A stretch of 64,000 bases of DNA. Origin: Gammaproteobacteria bacterium (GTDB lineage: Bacteria; Pseudomonadota; Gammaproteobacteria; Eutrophobiales; Eutrophobiaceae). Below, piece by piece: positions 9,791-19,155 of the stretch. A program made the translations under genes and the position numbers. The notes below the pieces were generated by a model. The model saw nothing but the letters and a program-made list of their open reading frames with translations. It searched no databases and was not told the DNA's origin. The stretch is taken from NCBI GenBank assembly GCA_016179185.1, contig JACORW010000104.1, forward strand, positions 12,124 through 76,123, read 5' to 3'. The first letter of the stretch is position 1. Each line of letters opens with the position of its first letter.

Positions 9791-9986
9791 CTCCCTGTAC
9801 AACAGCCACCTACGCGCACAAGCGCGGTGTGTTGAGGGGTGTCCCGCGCTCTATTCATTCGACATTCGCGCGCGCATCGCGAATGGGCTCGTGTATTCGG
9901 CGCAATAGGTTGGATTCCTGTATCACGCCTGGGTGGAAACCTGGACCGGAGAACGCCGGCAGGCCGCTGACCCGACCTTCGGTCAG

Positions 9987-10238
9987 TTACGGCAACCTAT
10001 AGTACGCGGCTCGAATTTCTGCAGCGTGTCGCCTATTGCTTTGTTGCCGCTCAAGTCGCCGTTCCTGCATCTCTTTGTTTAATCCGGTAGCATCGATCAC
10101 ATTAGCGTAAAAGACGAGATCGGACGTTACTTGATGCTTAATTTCCAGGTACCGAAGCAATGGGTTCATCCAGAAATTGACAACGAGATAGCTCGCCGCC
10201 CCTGCGAGAATGCTAAACAAAAAGATCAATGCTTCCAT
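9987..10238 (-). CDS. Hypothetical small membrane-anchored protein
   Basis: 83-aa ORF in the AT-richer islet. It has an N-terminal hydrophobic helix (MEALIFLFSILAGAASYLVVNFWM) followed by a charged tail. I recognise no family. Confidence 0.5.
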   Translation of the reverse strand: MEALIFLFSILAGAASYLVVNFWMNPLLRYLEIKHQVTSDLVFYANVIDATGLNKEMQERRLERQQSNRRHAAEIRAAYYRLP

Positions 10239-10366
10239 ATGTTTGTGTGCACCATGAGAGCCCTAACTCTATCTATCCAGCCCAATTACGGGATGCCCAC
10301 GCTCCGCATGAGCCGCGCTTTGCTGCGGCGCGCAGCACCGTAGCAAAGCGTCGGCCTCGATGCGGT

Positions 10367-10849
10367 TTAGGGTGCATTTTTGAAGTACTCTTGGCCTCGC
10401 GCAAAGATCTCGCGAGTCAACGCTTCATTCTTTGCCATATTCGCGATCTCTATGGCAGTAAGGATGCCGAAGGAATCTGCAGAACTCAAAGCGTCGAGGA
10501 GTTCCTCGTCTGTGTAATTTGGAATGATTTCGTCCGCTGTATTTCTACGCGCAACCTGATAAAAACCGCTATGAGTGAAGCTATTCATCACGTTCCACGA
10601 TACCTTCTTTACATTCGACAGAGTGCCGGCGTTATACGCATCCAATCTTTCAAGATCTTCGATTAACTGGCCGAACGTTCTTTCCAATTTGTCCTTCTTG
10701 AAGTTTTCAAGCTGAGGGTCCGACGCGCAAAACAGCAGCCAGATTCCACGAACATAGGATTCAAACTCCAAGCGGACGAGAGCGGCGGCGGAACCAAAAA
10801 GAGAGTGCGCGGTCAGCAATACGATCGATCTTCGGTGCTCCAATGCCAT
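10367..10849 (-). CDS. Hypothetical all-helical protein (possibly AbiV/DUF5677-like; unverified), 5' region interrupted by an in-frame TGA
   Basis: 160-aa ORF with protein-like composition (LVRLEFESYVRGIWLLFCASDPQLENF). The frame continues upstream through a TGA at 10871-10873 to an ATG at 10969 (see findings). Confidence 0.6.
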   Translation of the reverse strand: MALEHRRSIVLLTAHSLFGSAAALVRLEFESYVRGIWLLFCASDPQLENFKKDKLERTFGQLIEDLERLDAYNAGTLSNVKKVSWNVMNSFTHSGFYQVARRNTADEIIPNYTDEELLDALSSADSFGILTAIEIANMAKNEALTREIFARGQEYFKNAP

Positions 10850-11187
10850 GTCAAGACATCCTGCGGCTAGTCAACATCGTTCGGCTGAAGGAATACTCAG
10901 ACCATCAAGTTTCGAATCGAGCCACTGAATAAGCTCTTCAGACTTCTTAATCGCACCTTCGATTCTCATTGCACCCTAACCTGTATTTGGGCGGGATGAA
11001 AAATCGGATTGTCGTGAAATCAATGACATGAAGCTTTTATGTAAAGTGGACGAGCAAAAGTAAATTTCTTTCCCAGGGCGCCATTCATCCTTCCGCGGGC
11101 ACACGCAGCGTGCCATCCATAGAGGAAATAAGCTCTGCATCTATATTGAGACGGGAAAGATTGACCGCCTGCTGCTCGCAGTACGAT

Positions 11188-12120
11188 TCAGACTGTCTCC
11201 GGCCGCTCATGAACTTCCTGCTCGGCTTTCCGGCTCCAGTGCCAGGCCAGTACGGAACCGCTGATGTTGTGCCAGATGCTGAACAGCGCTCCGGGCAGCG
11301 CCGCCAGCACCGAGAAGTAATTCTGCGCCAGCGCCACCGCCAGTCCGGAATTCTGCATGCCGGTTTCGATGGCCAGCGTGCGGCGCACCCGTTCTTCCAG
11401 TCCAAGCCAACGCGCGCACCAGTAGCCACCCGCCAGTCCCAGCAGGTTGTGCCAGAACACGGCTGCAATCACCGGCGCCGCAACTTCGGCGAAATGCGGC
11501 CGCGCGACCGCCACGATGATGCCGATGATGAGGATAATTGCCAGCACCGAGACATACGGAAATATCTGCTTGAGCGGGTGCAGCCAGTGGGAAAATTTGC
11601 GATTCAGCAGCACACCGACGCTGACCGGCAACAGGATGATCACCAGGATGCCGAGCATCATGTCGAGGACCGGCACATCCATCTGCTGCCCGAGATAGGC
11701 CCAGGTCAACAGCGGGGTCAGGATAACCGCCAGCAACGTGGTGGCCGTGGTCATGGTAATCCCCAGCGCCACGTCCGCCCGCGCCAGATAACAGATCACG
11801 TTCGAGGACGTGCCGCCGGGACACGACCCCAGCAGCACGACGCCGGCCAGCAACTCGCCCGACAGGCCCAGTGACCTGCCGACGGCATAACCGAAGGCCG
11901 GCATCAGCGCAAATTGCAGCAGACAGCCGATGGCAATCACACGCGGACGGCGCAGGAGCTCGGCGAAGTTTTCCGCGCGCAATGTCATGCCCATGCCGAG
12001 CATGACGACGCCCAGCAGCGGTTCGATCAGCGCCCGGAAACCTCCCAGCACAGCCGGGTGAAAATACGAGAATATCGCCACCGCCACCGCGCCGATCGGG
12101 AACAGCATGGTTGCGTACAA
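11188..12120 (-). CDS. Bile acid:sodium symporter (BASS/SBF) family transporter
   Basis: 310-aa polytopic ORF with the family signature region (GLSGELLAGVVLLGSCPGGTSSNVICYLARADVAL). Confidence 0.8.
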   Translation of the reverse strand: MYATMLFPIGAVAVAIFSYFHPAVLGGFRALIEPLLGVVMLGMGMTLRAENFAELLRRPRVIAIGCLLQFALMPAFGYAVGRSLGLSGELLAGVVLLGSCPGGTSSNVICYLARADVALGITMTTATTLLAVILTPLLTWAYLGQQMDVPVLDMMLGILVIILLPVSVGVLLNRKFSHWLHPLKQIFPYVSVLAIILIIGIIVAVARPHFAEVAAPVIAAVFWHNLLGLAGGYWCARWLGLEERVRRTLAIETGMQNSGLAVALAQNYFSVLAALPGALFSIWHNISGSVLAWHWSRKAEQEVHERPETV

Positions 12121-12142
12121 GGCTCACCTCCCCGGCGTTGGC

Positions 12143-13527
12143 TCAATTGGCGGGTAGCGCGTACAAATCGTAGTCGTCGGCGTCCGTGACCTGCACCCGC
12201 ATCATATCCCCCGCCTTGATCCCATTTCCTTTCCGGATGATGACCCTCCCGTCAATCTCCGGCGCGTCCGCGCTGCTGCGCGCGACTGCCTTGCCCCGGT
12301 CCACGGAATCCACCAATACGTCAATCTCACGCCCAATCTTTGCCCGCAAACGCGCGGCGTTGATCCGCGCCTGGGTTTGCATGAAGCGATCCCACCGCCC
12401 GCGCATGACCTCCGGCGGCACTGCGCCGTCCAGATCATGGCCGCCGCGCCGGCCACCGGCGAGTACTGAAAGCAACCCACGCGATCCAGTTGTGCGGCCT
12501 GCAGAAATTCCAGCGACGCGTCAAAGTCCGCGTCGGTCTCTCCCGGGAAGCCGACTATAAAGGTCGATCGCAGGGTCAGCCCGGGACAAAGCCTGCGCCA
12601 GGATTCGATCCGGCGCAATGTGTCCCCGGCTGCAGCCGGCCGCCGCATGCGCTTCAGGATCCGCGGACTGCCGTGCTGGAACGGCACATCCAGGTACGGC
12701 AACAGACCGCCTTCACGCATCAGCGGTATCACCTCATCCACGTGGGGATAAGGATAGACGAAGTGCAGACGCACCCAGACACCAAGGGACGCAAGCTCTG
12801 AACAGAGCTCCAGGAAGCGCGTCGGCACCTCCCGTCCGCGCCAGGCGTCCGCCCGATAACGCAGATCGCTGCCATAGGCGCTGGTGTTCTGGGCGATCAC
12901 CAGCAACTCCTTCACCCCCGCCTTGACCAGCGCCTCGGCCTCGCCCATGACCTCCCCGATGGGGCGGCTGACGAGGCCGCCGCGCATGCCCGGGATGATG
13001 CAGAACGTGCAGGTGTGATTGCAGCCGTCAGCCACTTTCAGATACGCGTAATGGCGCGGGGTCAACCGGATACCCTGGGCCGGCACCAGATCCCGGAATC
13101 GATCGCGGACAGGGGGCGGCAACGCCGTGCGCACTGCCGCCACCACCGACTCGTATTGCCGGGGGCCGGTCACGCTCAATACGCCGGGGAATCGGTCCCG
13201 GATCAGATTTTCTTTTGCGCCGAGACACCCGGTCACGATCACGCGGCCGTTTTCCTCGAGCGCCTCGGCGATGGCCTCCAGCGATTCCGCCTGCGCGCTT
13301 TCCAGAAACCCGCAGGTGTTGACCACCACAACGTCGGATCCGGCGTAGGTCGGGGCAATCTCATACCCCTCCGCCCGAAGCTGCGTGATGATGCGCTCGG
13401 AATCCACCAGCGCCTTGGGACATCCAAGGCTGACAAATCCCACCCGGCGCCGCACCACCGCGGCGGGTTCAGGCCGGGCTCGATGTAGCACGTTTGAGGC
13501 CAAGGGGATCGGCCGGGTCCACGCCAT
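12143..13527 (-). pseudogene. rimO: Ribosomal protein S12 methylthiotransferase RimO, reading frame broken by a 1-nt indel near 12438-12450
   Basis: ORF 12202-13527 carries the MTTase N-domain ([18 protein letters not shown]) and the radical-SAM CxxxCxxC (CNHTCTFC), then becomes nonsense after [14 protein letters not shown] 12143-12475, in another frame, supplies the expected continuation [20 protein letters not shown] and the TRAM domain ([11 protein letters not shown]...DDYDLYA). The start is uncertain; GTGs at 13491 or 13458 would reduce or remove the overlap with metA. Confidence 0.85.
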
Positions 13528-14554
13528 CGCGGAACGGCCGGCGCCGATCCACGTGCGTCAATTGATACACCGCGCCGATCCAGTTGTTGATGACGGCTTC
13601 GGCACTGTCGTGCCAGGTATTGTCCAGATCCGGCGTCAGCAGGTGCTCCGGGAATTCCGGCGCCGGGCCGGCGCGCCGCACTGCCTCCTCGACCCGACCG
13701 CGATACTCGAGCAGGATGGCACGGTGCAGCGGCGTAAACACATTCTCCGGGAACGGCGGATAGACATCGAGTTCACGCCTGATGAAGCGCCCGATTTCGC
13801 GCTTGTACTCCTTCATCAGGCTGATCTCGTCATACTCCGGATGGCCCTGGAAGAACACCATGCGAAAACCGTCGGCGCTGACCGCGAGATGCACGCCGGC
13901 CTCGACACTGTCTACAAGCACCGGCAGTCCCGCCGCGGCAAACTGGTCACTGCTGATCTCGTTGAAGCGCGAATGCGGAACATCGAAACGCGTGTTCACA
14001 CCCACCATGAGCGGATGCTGCCGCTGCGCAACGCGGTGCGAATACACGCCCCAGCGCTTCTCCCCCAGCGGCCGCCGCTTCTGGCCATGGCGGAATTCCA
14101 GCACCGCATGCGTGGCAAGACAGGAACACAGCGTCGAGGTCACATTCTCCCAAGCCCATTCGATTACCTGAATGAGCGGCCTGAAGAACGGCGCCGCGGA
14201 CAGCTCCGGTCCGGGGGCCGCTCCGGAAACGATAAGCGCGTCCAGGCCCTCGCGCCGGATCTCGTCGAAGGACTTGTAGTAGCGCTCGATGTGCGTGCGC
14301 CCCGCCGGCCCGCGGGTCAGCTCCGGGAACGAGAATGGATGCATGTAGAACTGCGCGATCTGGTTGCTCTCCCCGACCAGGCGGAAAAACTGCCGCTCGG
14401 TGGCCTCCAGGGCCTTGTCGGGCATCATGTTCAACAGGCCTATGTGCAGCTCCCGGATGTCCTGATGTTCCGCGCGCTGGCGTGGAATCACGGTTCCGCC
14501 CGCGGCGCGCAGGCGCTCGAAACTGGGCAGATCGGAATTTGCCACCAGCGGCAT
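13469..14554 (-). CDS. metA: Homoserine O-acyltransferase (MetA family, succinyl/acetyl specificity not assignable)
   Basis: Starting from the Met at 14554, [23 protein letters not shown]...[28 protein letters not shown] aligns by eye with the E. coli MetA N-terminus. Confidence 0.88.
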   Translation of the reverse strand: MPLVANSDLPSFERLRAAGGTVIPRQRAEHQDIRELHIGLLNMMPDKALEATERQFFRLVGESNQIAQFYMHPFSFPELTRGPAGRTHIERYYKSFDEIRREGLDALIVSGAAPGPELSAAPFFRPLIQVIEWAWENVTSTLCSCLATHAVLEFRHGQKRRPLGEKRWGVYSHRVAQRQHPLMVGVNTRFDVPHSRFNEISSDQFAAAGLPVLVDSVEAGVHLAVSADGFRMVFFQGHPEYDEISLMKEYKREIGRFIRRELDVYPPFPENVFTPLHRAILLEYRGRVEEAVRRAGPAPEFPEHLLTPDLDNTWHDSAEAVINNWIGAVYQLTHVDRRRPFRDGVDPADPLGLKRATSSPA

Positions 14555-14559
14555 GACCG

Positions 14560-15402
14560 TCACCCGCGCCTGAGCGCCTCCTCGATCAGCGCCAGGAACT
14601 GCGCCTCGCTCTGCACCCGCGCGACTTCCGCGGTGCTGACGGTATAGCCGTATTTCCCGGCGATGCGCTCATAGCGCGGCAGCCGCGCGTTGAACAGCCG
14701 CGGAAACACCCAGCGCACGAAGTCATCGGGCGGCACCTGGGCGGCGAACTCCAGCCGGCGTTCGGACAGAAATTCGGCCAGTTGCGCGTCGAGAAACTCC
14801 TCGCGATAGTACAGCGGTTTCGGATCCGACTCTGCGCGCCGTATCAATTCCGCCTCATCGGCGGCGCTGGTCTTGATGTAGAGGATGAGCGTGTGCGCAG
14901 CAAGGGTTTCCAGCACATCGTCCGTTTCCAGCTCGCACAGACTGCCGCCGGCGTCATTGACAAGACAGCTGTAACCGTAGATCTCCTGCGCGCGCCGGAT
15001 GAACGCCGGCACGTCACGCATCGCCGCGATCTCCGCGTCCCGGTGCAGCCGCTGGCGGCGTTTGAACTCCCTGAGCCCGATGCCGCCCTGCTCCGGGTTG
15101 CCGACCTTGCCCAGAAATGCCGACAACGGGCGCAGATTGTCCACCGAGATGTTGTTGGCGATATGAATCGAATCGGAGCGCAGCAGATCCTTGAGCAACG
15201 GGCTGCCCATGGCCTGTTCCTTGATGTCGTCGAGAATGTATTCGTCCAGATAGCGCGTGCCGATGCGATAGTCCCCGGAAAAATGGAACCAGTCGCGTTT
15301 GCGCAGAATTCTGGCAAGACGCGTCTTGCCTACCCCGGACATGCCGAGCAGCGTCACCGCCTTGTGATCCCATTTGCGAAACGATTCCGCGTTCAGTTTC
15401 AT
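14560..15402 (-). CDS. Uncharacterised P-loop NTPase (shikimate-kinase-like N-terminus)
   Basis: 280-aa ORF with Walker A LLGMSGVGKT. The stop is 5 nt before the metA ATG. Confidence 0.7.
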   Translation of the reverse strand: MKLNAESFRKWDHKAVTLLGMSGVGKTRLARILRKRDWFHFSGDYRIGTRYLDEYILDDIKEQAMGSPLLKDLLRSDSIHIANNISVDNLRPLSAFLGKVGNPEQGGIGLREFKRRQRLHRDAEIAAMRDVPAFIRRAQEIYGYSCLVNDAGGSLCELETDDVLETLAAHTLILYIKTSAADEAELIRRAESDPKPLYYREEFLDAQLAEFLSERRLEFAAQVPPDDFVRWVFPRLFNARLPRYERIAGKYGYTVSTAEVARVQSEAQFLALIEEALRRG

Positions 15403-15646
15403 GGTGGTCGCGCCGGCCGGACCGGACCGGCAACTCCCGGTAAAGGGGCGCGTATTCTAACGAAGCAGCGCTTGTCGCGCCCGGAGTGAGCAGACGGCCG
15501 GACCGAAGCAGGCCCGCCAAGAGGATAAACGGACGGGTGGCGCCGGGGGGGTTCGTTCGCGCGCAGCGGAAGGGTCCCACCGGGGGATGGGTGGAGCGAG
15601 CACGGACGGGCCCACCCGGTGACAGGACCCGTCCGCCCCAGACCGC

Positions 15647-17854
15647 CTAAGCCCTTCCAGTCGTAACCAAGGATTGCCCTATGATCGGCAGGCGGCGAAT
15701 ACGCACGCCGCAGGCGGCAAAGACGGCATTGCAGACGGCCGGGGCCACAGGCGGCACGCCCACCTCCCCGATACCCCCCATGGGCGCGTCGGTTTCGAGA
15801 AATTCCACGTCGATCGCCGGCGTCTCCGCCATCGTCAGCACCGGGTAATCGTCAAAGTTGCCCTGCACCACGCTCCCGCCGGACAACGTGACCCGCCCCT
15901 TGAGCGCCGCCCCCAGCCCGAACAGGATACCCCCCTCCACCTGGGCGCGGGCATTGTGTGGATGCACGATCTCGCCGGCATCCACCGCTGCACAGATGCG
16001 CAGCACCTGGAGATCGCCGGACGCGCCCACCTCGACTTCCGCGGCTTCGGCGACGACAGTTCCGAAACTTTCCTTGATCGCGATGCCGCGACCGCGTCGT
16101 CCGGGCACCGGCTTACCCCAGCCGATCATCGCGGCAGCGCGCTCCAGTACGCGCAGAAAGCGCGGCGCGCCGGCAAGCAGTTTCAGGCGGAATTGCACCG
16201 GGTCGGCATGCGCGGCATGGGCGAGCTCGTCAATGAATGATTCGATGAAAAAACCCTGATACGAATGTTCCACACTGCGCCAGTACCCCAGCGGTACATT
16301 GACCTCATGGGTCACGCGCCCGATGCGCCGGTTCGGAATTGCATAGGGGATCCGAGCGGCTTCCCGGTCCTCGTTGAATCCGATATCGGTAAAAATCTGG
16401 CGCCAGTGGGTCGGATCCCCGGCGTCATTCACGACTGCCTCGAACCGCGACTTGCCTGCCGGTCGAAAGCGGTCGTGCCGGATGTCCTCCTCGCGGCTCC
16501 ACAGCAGCTTGACCGGGTACGCGACCCGCCGCGCGATATGCACGGCATCTTCCACGTAATTGAATGACCGCGGTGTGCGCCGGCCAAAACCGCCGCCCAG
16601 GTGCAACGCGTGCACCGTGACCGCCTTCTCGTCCAGTCCGGCCGCCTGCGCCGCCACGGCACGGGTGCCGAGCGGATCCTGGGTGCCGGTCCAGATCTCG
16701 AGACCGCTGTCGTGCAACCACGCCGTGCAGTTCATGGGTTCCAGCGTCGCATGAGCAAGAAACGGCACTGCATAAGTAGCGGCAATAACCCGGCCCGGCC
16801 CGCCTTCGCCGGGAAATCCTTCTCCGACCCTGAAATCCGCCTGCACGTCGCCATCGGTGAGCAGCCGGTCAAAAGTCGCGTCCAGGGCGCCGGAATCCGG
16901 TGCCGGATGCGCCGGCGCCGTGAACCGGACCGGCAGTGCCTCCAGCGCCCGCTGCGCCTGCCAGTAACCCCCGGCGACCACGGCAACAGCCCCCGGGATC
17001 CGCAACACAGCGCGAACACCCGGATACCCGGAGACCGCTGTTGCGTCGAACTCAGCGATGGCGCCGGCGAACGCCGGGACATGGCGAATGGCGGCGTATT
17101 GCATGCCCGGCACGGCGACATCCGCGCCGTACATCAACACGCCGCGCACGGCCGGTTGCGCGTGAATCAGCGTGGGCGACTGCCCGCAGATCCGGTACTC
17201 CCCACGGAGCTTGAGCCGGGGCGCCGAGGGCGGGTCGATCTGCGCCGCGGCGTCGGCCAGGTCACCGTAACTTGCGCTGCGTCCGCTGGGCGCGTGGATC
17301 ACCCGGCCCCGTTCGGCGACACATTCCATTTCCGACACGCCCCACCTTCCCGCGGCCGCCCGTAACAGCATTTCCCGCGCCGCTGCACCGGCACGGCGCA
17401 TGCCGAGCCGACCGGTACTGCGGATGCTGAGACTGCCTCCGGTAAGCTGCAGATCCTTGAATGCCGCGATCCGGTAGCTCGCCAGGTCCAGCAGCCGCGC
17501 CAGACCGGGAGCCAACGCCCGATTGCCCAGCAGAAATACCCGTACCACGTCGCCGGTCGCGAACATGGTCTGCGCAGGCGCCTGTTCCACGCGCACCTGC
17601 GGCCAGTTCACGTCCAGTTCATCTGCCAGCATCATCGCCAGCGCCGTCTGGCTCCCCTGCCCCATCTCCACGTGCGGGACGAGAACCGTCACCGTATTGT
17701 CCGGATGCAGCCGCAGCCAGGTCACCAGCGACACGGCGCCCGCGTGGGCGGCGCACACGCCTGGCCGGCCCGGATAGAGCACATACCCGAGCGCCAGACC
17801 GCCGGCCGCGAGACCGCCCGAGATGAAAAACGCCCTGCGGGACAAGTCCGGCAT
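15647..17854 (-). CDS. Molybdopterin-binding oxidoreductase large subunit (xanthine dehydrogenase family, IorB / membrane aldehyde dehydrogenase beta-like), Tat-exported
   Basis: 735-aa ORF with a twin-arginine signal (SRRAFFISGGLAAGGLALG) and aldehyde oxidase/xanthine dehydrogenase a/b hammerhead and MoCo-binding regions recognised by eye. Confidence 0.8.
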   Translation of the reverse strand: MPDLSRRAFFISGGLAAGGLALGYVLYPGRPGVCAAHAGAVSLVTWLRLHPDNTVTVLVPHVEMGQGSQTALAMMLADELDVNWPQVRVEQAPAQTMFATGDVVRVFLLGNRALAPGLARLLDLASYRIAAFKDLQLTGGSLSIRSTGRLGMRRAGAAAREMLLRAAAGRWGVSEMECVAERGRVIHAPSGRSASYGDLADAAAQIDPPSAPRLKLRGEYRICGQSPTLIHAQPAVRGVLMYGADVAVPGMQYAAIRHVPAFAGAIAEFDATAVSGYPGVRAVLRIPGAVAVVAGGYWQAQRALEALPVRFTAPAHPAPDSGALDATFDRLLTDGDVQADFRVGEGFPGEGGPGRVIAATYAVPFLAHATLEPMNCTAWLHDSGLEIWTGTQDPLGTRAVAAQAAGLDEKAVTVHALHLGGGFGRRTPRSFNYVEDAVHIARRVAYPVKLLWSREEDIRHDRFRPAGKSRFEAVVNDAGDPTHWRQIFTDIGFNEDREAARIPYAIPNRRIGRVTHEVNVPLGYWRSVEHSYQGFFIESFIDELAHAAHADPVQFRLKLLAGAPRFLRVLERAAAMIGWGKPVPGRRGRGIAIKESFGTVVAEAAEVEVGASGDLQVLRICAAVDAGEIVHPHNARAQVEGGILFGLGAALKGRVTLSGGSVVQGNFDDYPVLTMAETPAIDVEFLETDAPMGGIGEVGVPPVAPAVCNAVFAACGVRIRRLPIIGQSLVTTGRA

Positions 17855-17859
17855 GTCGC

Positions 17860-18966
17860 CTATTCAGCCGCCGGCGACGAACACGGCTTCCAGCTGACGA
17901 TTCTGTAAACACCAACGGTAAACAGGGGCCCGATGAAGATCACCATGAAAAACCAGGCAAGCGTGCCGTAGACAAGATTCAGGAGTCCCACGAGGCCAAT
18001 CTTCGTGAGCAGCAGCGCCGCCGTCATCAGGATCAGCGCCACGGCGGGGCGCGCAATCCCCGGGAGCGGCGTGCCCCGTGCCCGCCACCAGGCATCCAGG
18101 CGTTGATTGAACGCGTGAACCACGCCCACACCCGTCTGCACGAGCGTCCCAAGCAGCGCCAGCTGGAAGAATACCTCTAGGGCGCGCGAACCTATTGCGT
18201 CCAGCAGGAATGCCGACGGCAGCACCTGGGATGAGATTGCCGGAAAGTGCGTCAGCATCACCAGGTAAAAGAGTATTCCGGGGATCATCGCGACGGGACC
18301 GGTCAGCAGACCTGCAAGCACTGCATCGCTCCGCGTCCGCATGTGCGGCAGGCAGAAGAATATTGCCGGGAGTATGGAAAGCTGCAGCGCCGCATAACGG
18401 GCACCACTGCTCAACCAGGGTGTATCAAGCGGACCCCACATATCGAATTCCCGCAATGCCGCGCCGAACTTCGACAGTCCCATGACGAAAAAAAGCGTAT
18501 AGGCCACATACAGCAACACTGCCCATCCGGCGAGCAACCGTTCAATGAACGTATTGGACTGGGATACCACGAGCGCCACGGCCAGTACCAGCCCGGCGCT
18601 GCCGACGATATACGGCAGGGTGAAGGTGGTTCGCACGATCTCTCCGGCCGCCGAACTGATGACGCCAAAGAGGAGCACCAGCGTCAGCAGGAACCCTGCC
18701 TCCCAGACAAACCAGCCCCGGCCCAGCAGACCGCGGAAAAACGTGCGATAGTCGTAGGCGCTGCGGAGCCGCGCGAATTCAAAGGCAATCACCGCGCAGA
18801 TGCTGAGCAGCGGGACGGTCACGCCGAGCATCGAAAGAAGCCCGGCGCGTGGCCCATTATTGAGGAAGAAGACCAGGAACTCCTGGCCGGTGCCGTACCC
18901 GCCGGCAATCATGACCGACTGGAATGCCAGCGGCGGGAGCAGGCAGGCTTGGAACCAGCGCAGCAT
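17860..18966 (-). CDS. YkvI-like polytopic membrane protein (putative transporter)
   Basis: 368-aa highly hydrophobic ORF with an N-terminal motif (VMIAGGYGTGQEFLVFF) reminiscent of the YkvI family. It ends 5 nt upstream of the oxidoreductase gene. Confidence 0.65.
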   Translation of the reverse strand: MLRWFQACLLPPLAFQSVMIAGGYGTGQEFLVFFLNNGPRAGLLSMLGVTVPLLSICAVIAFEFARLRSAYDYRTFFRGLLGRGWFVWEAGFLLTLVLLFGVISSAAGEIVRTTFTLPYIVGSAGLVLAVALVVSQSNTFIERLLAGWAVLLYVAYTLFFVMGLSKFGAALREFDMWGPLDTPWLSSGARYAALQLSILPAIFFCLPHMRTRSDAVLAGLLTGPVAMIPGILFYLVMLTHFPAISSQVLPSAFLLDAIGSRALEVFFQLALLGTLVQTGVGVVHAFNQRLDAWWRARGTPLPGIARPAVALILMTAALLLTKIGLVGLLNLVYGTLAWFFMVIFIGPLFTVGVYRIVSWKPCSSPAAE

Positions 18967-19155
18967 GCACCACAGTAGCGTATCAATGCCGCAAACTGAA
19001 CGGCTTTACACATACGCTCCGGGTTTTGTTCACTTGCTGCACGAACGAATGCCATGCTCCATGCAACAGTCATAGAATTCGGCGTCCGGCGTCCTATGAC
19101 AGGTGCGCTGTCTGGCGCATGTCGACACGATAATGTTTCCCAGCGAGGATAACCC

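Noticed and set aside
9781-10002. 73-aa plus-strand ORF between vapB and the small membrane protein gene.
   Set aside because: It has no SD, an Arg/Cys/Ser-rich composition, and overlaps the vapB operator and the 3' end of the neighbouring gene. It is more likely non-coding spacer.
15403-15646. Possible SAM-type riboswitch or leader upstream of the P-loop/metA operon.
   Set aside because: I found only GC-rich hairpins, the first being a plausible terminator for the oxidoreductase gene (GGCGGACGGGTCC...GGGCCCGTCCG). I recognised no SAM-I, SAM-II or SAM/SAH core sequence. A covariance-model scan would be needed to exclude one.
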